Shown here: piece after piece, positions 59,778 to 64,000 of the stretch
Position numbering within the stretch: position 1 is the first letter of the stretch
Layout of the letters: each line of letters begins with the position of its first letter
Assembly: GCF_046119375.1 (NCBI RefSeq)
Contig: NW_027362770.1
Coordinates: 184,512,001-184,576,000 of the forward strand
DNA from: Phyllobates terribilis
Taxonomy: Eukaryota
Direction: 5' to 3'
Length of the DNA: 64,000 bases
Translations under genes and position numbers: made by a program
The notes under the pieces: model-generated
What the model saw: the letters and a program-made list of their open reading frames with translations, nothing else
Told to the model about the DNA's origin: nothing
The model's database searches: none

Positions 59778-61148
59778 GGTATCACTCCGCGTCATCCTGC
59801 ACTGTAGTACCAGATGTCACCAGCAGAGGGCGGACGGTATCTGTGTCATCCTCCGCTGCAATACTAGGCGTGACCAGCAGAGGGCGGCTGTATCCCTCCG
59901 CGTCATTCTAAACTGCAATCTCAGATGTGACCAGCAGAGGGCAGGCGGTATCACTCCGCGTCACCCTAAACTGCAATCTCAGATGTGACCAGCAGAGGGC
60001 AGGCGGTATCACTCCGCGTCACCCTAAACTGCAATCTCAGATGTGACCAGCAAAGGGTGGACAGTATCACTTCGCGTCATCATAAGCTGCAGTACCAGAT
60101 GTAACCAGCAGAGGGCGGTATCATTTCATGTCATCCTACACTGCAATATAAGATGCTACCAGCAGAGGGCGGCGATATCACTGCGATGCAGTACCAGATG
60201 TAACCAGCAGAGGGCAGGCAGTAACACGTCGCATCATCCTTAAGCTGCAGTACCAGATGTGACCAGCAGAGGGCGGACGGTATCAATCGGTGTCATCCTG
60301 CACTGCAATACTAGATGTGACCAGTAGTATCATTCCGCGTCATCCTGCACTGCAAGTACTAAATGTGACCAACAGAGGGCGGTAGTATCACAGCGTCATC
60401 CTGCGCTGTAGTACTAGATGTAACCAGCAGAGGGCGGGCAGTATCAGTGTCATCCTGCGCTGCAGTACTAGATAGCATCAGCAGAGGGCAATAAAATTCC
60501 GTATCATCCAACACTGCAATATAAGATGTTACCAGCAGAGGGCGAGCGGTATCACTCAGTGTTATCCTGCGCTGTAGTACCAGATAATACCAGAAGAGGG
60601 CGGTATCACTCCGTGTCATCCTACTCTGTAGTACCAGATGTGACCAGCAGAGGACGGACGGTATCAATCAGTGTCATTCTGCGCTGCAATACTAGATGTG
60701 ACCAGCAGAGGGCAGTAGTATCACTCCGCGTCATCCTGTACTGCAGTACTAGATGTGACCAACAGAGGGCGGTAGTATCACTTAGCGTCATCCTGCGCTG
60801 TAGTACCAGATGTAACCAGCAGAGGGCGGGCAGTATCCGTGTCATCCTGCGCTGCAGTACTAGATAGCATTTGCAGAGGGCAATGAAATTCCGTATCATC
60901 TAACACTGCAATATAAGATGTTACCAGCAGAGGGCGAGCGGTATCACTGTTATCCTGCGCTGCAGTACCAGATAATACCAGAAGAGGGCAGTATCACTCC
61001 GTGACATCCTACACTGCAATACCAAATGTGACCAGCAGAAGGCATCATGCGCCGCAGTATTATATTTGACCAGCAGAGGGCGGCCGGATCACTCCAGGTC
61101 ATCCTGCGCTGCAGTACCACATTTGACCAGCAGAGGGCGGGCGGTATC
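59778..61148 (+). repeat. ~57-bp degenerate tandem repeat (~24 units), each carrying a CTCF-like site
   Basis: Consensus CTGCAGTACCAGATGTGACCAGCAGAGGGCGG...TATCACTCCGCGTCATCCTGCA; 15 units have a perfect CCAGCAGAGGGC. Confidence 0.9.
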
Positions 61149-61199
61149 ATTCCGCGCCTTACCCTGCATAGCAATACGGTGTACAAATCCTAAGAACCA

Positions 61200-61448
61200 T
61201 AAAACTACATTTCCCGGTGAGCTCCGCGCTCGCGTAAACAATGACCCTGCTACTGATTGGCTGGTGAATGAAGCGGCTCTGCGATTAGCTGAGACTTGGC
61301 CAGCGGCTTGTTCGGTTTTCAGTTTGCGCTGTAGAGCTGAGGCGGCTGCAGACCCGCGGAGAGCGGCCGGAGAGGAGGACGTGTGGCTGCCGGTGCTTAT
61401 AGCGGGGCCATACGGGGGCGACACAGGCCGCTGAGGCCGTCTATGCAG
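61200..61448 (+). promoter_or_regulatory. Probable CCDC77 promoter and non-coding first exon
   Basis: CpG-rich; E2F-like TTTCCCGG 61210, forkhead-like GTAAACAA 61234, inverted CCAAT (ATTGG) 61256; donor CAG|GTACAG at 61448. Confidence 0.4.
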
Positions 61449-62118
61449 GTACAGCTGTGACCGGTGACTATGGGGGCGCTGTGTGCGGTCAGCCCGGGGG
61501 GCGCAGGCTTCACAGCTGATGTTCAGTCTGCTGAGCCCCTATTTGCTGTGCAGTGTCCCCTCCCCCACCATAAAATAAGAATTATTACATTAGTATAGGA
61601 GAAGAGAGCAGACCTGGTTCTGAGCAGATGGCGGCTGCGGCTTCTCCTCCCGGTGACGGTGATATTTTCTGTAATGCTTTTATTTCCAGCGTCTCCTCTG
61701 CGGCATTGACCTCTTTGTCACCACTTTGGGAAACATAAAAAAAAAAGTTTTGTTCACTTTTATTTATTTTTTTTTGAGGATTTGCAGCAATTAAATAAGC
61801 TGAGATGCTTTTTTCTTATCATTTTTGGTAGTTTAAAAAGTTTTTCTATTTTATTTTTATATATTTTTTTTTCTACTTTTCTTTCTTTCCCTTTTCTTCC
61901 CCCGTGTGACCTCTCATATACTTGTAGTTTAGTAATTGATCGCGGCCTCCTAGTCCTGCGTCTCGGCTACAAAGATGGCGGAGACAGAGGCCCCCGGCCA
62001 CCAGAACAGTCCGTCCGGAAGCGCTTTCTCTTCCCGGGGAGGGAAGAGGTTAATTAAATACCCCTCGAACCCTAAACCTGTTGTGATTTTTATTTCAGGT
62101 TTTGTCCTTTTTGCAAAC

Positions 62119-62156
62119 ATGGCGCTGTCACCGCCCCGAGACCGCCGAGACCACAG
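62119..62156 (+). CDS. CCDC77: CCDC77 first coding exon (38 nt CDS; exon from 62099)
   Basis: tttcag| at 62098, ATG 62119 (MALSPPRDRRDH), CAG|GTGAGG donor; 2-nt overhang fits the next exon. Confidence 0.7.
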
Positions 62157-62238
62157 GTGAGGGGGCGCCGCAGGTCACAGTGTGATGTGACGGCTCCACA
62201 GATCCCGGCTCGGGTCTCATGTTTTTTCTCCTTCTCAG

Positions 62239-62458
62239 GCCCAGGATCCCCCACACTCCAGACTCACCCGTCTCCTACAGCTTCACCCCACAGCCGGTGG
62301 ACTCCACCCCACTGCCCCCCATTAACGAGCGCCTGGCTTACCTGCGCCCGTCCCGCGAGCTGCTGGAGTATTACCGCAGGAAGATCGCGGAGTTTGACGA
62401 GGAGCATGAAGATCTGGTGTCGAGGCTGGAGCAGTACAAAGCCACATATGAGGAGCAG
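62239..62458 (+). CDS. CCDC77: CCDC77 coding exon 2 (220 nt); gene continues beyond the window
   Basis: STPLPPINERLAYLRPSRELLEYYRRKIAEFDEEHEDLVSRLEQYKATYEEQ resembles the recalled CCDC77 [32 protein letters not shown]; ttctcag| and |gtgatg; KDM5A-CCDC77 synteny. Confidence 0.88.
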
Positions 62459-62799
62459 GTGATGATGGGGGTCCCGGAGTCCACTTATATCCTGTCTGAT
62501 TCAGTAACCTGGATCTTATCGTGACCAATCGCTGTTGTTAGCCCCTCACCTGCCTCTGTCAATCACTGACAGCAGCATTTCAGCTCCACAGTCCTGTCCA
62601 GGCTCTCAGTGCCGATGAGTCACGGCCAATATCCTTCTCCTTCCTAGGAGACAGGGATCTGTCCTATATACTGCAACGATCGCCTGACAGGTTCCCATTA
62701 ACAAAAGGGCTGGAAAAGTAACTGGCACTAATGAAAATCAGCGAAGAGACATCTGACTATAGAAAAAGAGCGTGTTAGAGAGGCAGAGTTTCTGCAGCA

Positions 62800-63030
62800 A
62801 AGATGGTCGGAGATCACCGAACTGTGAACAACTGTCTAAAAGTTGTGGAGCAATTGCAGAAAAATGTTCAATGTAAAATTGCAAAGACTTGAATATCCTC
62901 CATCTACAGCAGAAAATATAGAAGATTGTGGAGAAATCCATGTGCACAAGGGACAACGCTGACCTCAGTATTGTGGTCTCCGGACCCTCAGGCCGCACTG
63001 CATTAAATAAAGGTTCAGCGCCTTTGATCA
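62800..63030 (+). mobile_element. Tc1 transposase N-terminal (paired-like HTH) fragment
   Basis: Frameshifted RSPNCEQLSK / VVEQLQKNVQCKIAKT...ISSIY...GEIHVHKGQ...LRTLRPHCIK. Confidence 0.55.
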
Positions 63031-63099
63031 CAGGAGAGTTGTGGGTGAAGCGGCCGCCGCACTCCGGACCTTGCACTTTGCACCAATGAGAAACCTTTA

Positions 63100-63690
63100 A
63101 AAAAAGGAAAAAATCCTCCAGTGATGAAAAAGGTTAAGTATAAAACTTCACGTTTATTTGTAGTAGTTAAAAATTGTAGAGATCGCGGCAAAATGGCATA
63201 TAGACGCACGAGACCGGCGCGTTTCGGTGTAGCGCCTTATTCGTGGTCTAAAGAAACGTTAGCGATCTGCCATTAAATACTAGACATAATGAGTCGCATG
63301 TTAAATACAAGAACATATATAAGGAGTTCCCATCTGTAGGTTTCCTGTAGGGGAAAAATGTAATATTCTGGATATTTCCTGACAAGGTGACATCCAGGTA
63401 ATTTTGTTACTGTCAAAAAAGTACTTAAAATTTATATTAAACAGATTATTATTATAAATATAAGTAGCACATTTAATAGCTTCTTCCCGGGCGCCTTTCC
63501 AGACAAATCGGTCGTTTATAAAGCGAATGTGGTCCTGGAACGGGTTATTATTAAACGCCAAAACGCGTTGGTCTCCTGCGTCTACATGGGGTTTTGCAGT
63601 GATCTCTGCAATTTTTAGCTACTACAAATAGACGTGAAGTTTTATACTTAACCTTTTTCGTCGCTTTGAGGATTTTTTTTTTCTTTTTCC
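63100..63690 (-). mobile_element. Truncated Penelope-like element: RT fragment flanked by ~135-bp inverted repeats
   Basis: RFINDRFVWKG...YIYNNNLFNINFKYFFDSNKITW resembles PLE RT motifs 5-6; inverted repeat 63105-63240 vs 63553-63690 with GAAACGCG. Confidence 0.5.
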
Positions 63691-64000
63691 ATTCGGCTTC
63701 TGCAGCTTTGACCTCGGCGGCTCGTTGCGTTGCTTTCACTGTGATTACAGGTGCAGCGGGGCCTGGTGAGCCGACTCTCCCTCCTCTCTCACTCAGCTTC
63801 ATTATGTTTGAATAGAAAACATTTGGAGTTTGGAGTCTTAAGAAACAGAAAAATCCAGCAAAGACCCCGAATTGAGGAACATCGAGAATCGGACAAGACG
63901 GGGACAACATTCCTCTGCCAAAAGCCCAGCTATTGTCTCCTCGCGCACAGTGGTGGGCCCGGCCCCGGGGCACAGTGGTGCAATCTGGAGATAAGAGGTT

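Noticed and set aside
63200-63270. Hammerhead ribozyme in the Penelope-like repeat
   Set aside because: GAAAC is present but the CUGANGA core is not (CCACGAATA instead); at best a dead relic.

Overview
Vertebrate genomic DNA, most likely an anuran (frog); this is inferred from the TE families and gene content, not from a search. The right half holds a complete 28-exon KDM5A gene on the minus strand (CDS 58705->38629, 5049 nt, 1682 aa, all exon phases consistent, one GC-AG intron). It lies head-to-head with the first coding exons of CCDC77 (+, from 62119), the same arrangement as in mammals. The first ~35 kb is an almost continuous mosaic of six unrelated tandem-repeat families (28, ~18/28, 30, 41, ~27 and 40 bp units) separated by short unique islands, at least one of which looks like a coding exon of an unidentified minus-strand gene. 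A decayed Tx1-clade non-LTR retrotransposon (23811-32214) is inserted in the 40-bp satellite and itself carries a nested 1.2-kb solo LTR. KDM5A intron 1 holds three different Tc1 elements end to end. piggyBac, DIRS-like, Penelope-like and Tc1 fragments also occur. The most striking unexplained structures are ~24 tandem CTCF-like sites with the upstream (ZF9-11) motif between the two divergent promoters, and a ~230-copy 40-bp satellite carrying a CTCF-core-like motif that ends in an inverted block. No rRNA, tRNA or CRISPR array is supported.
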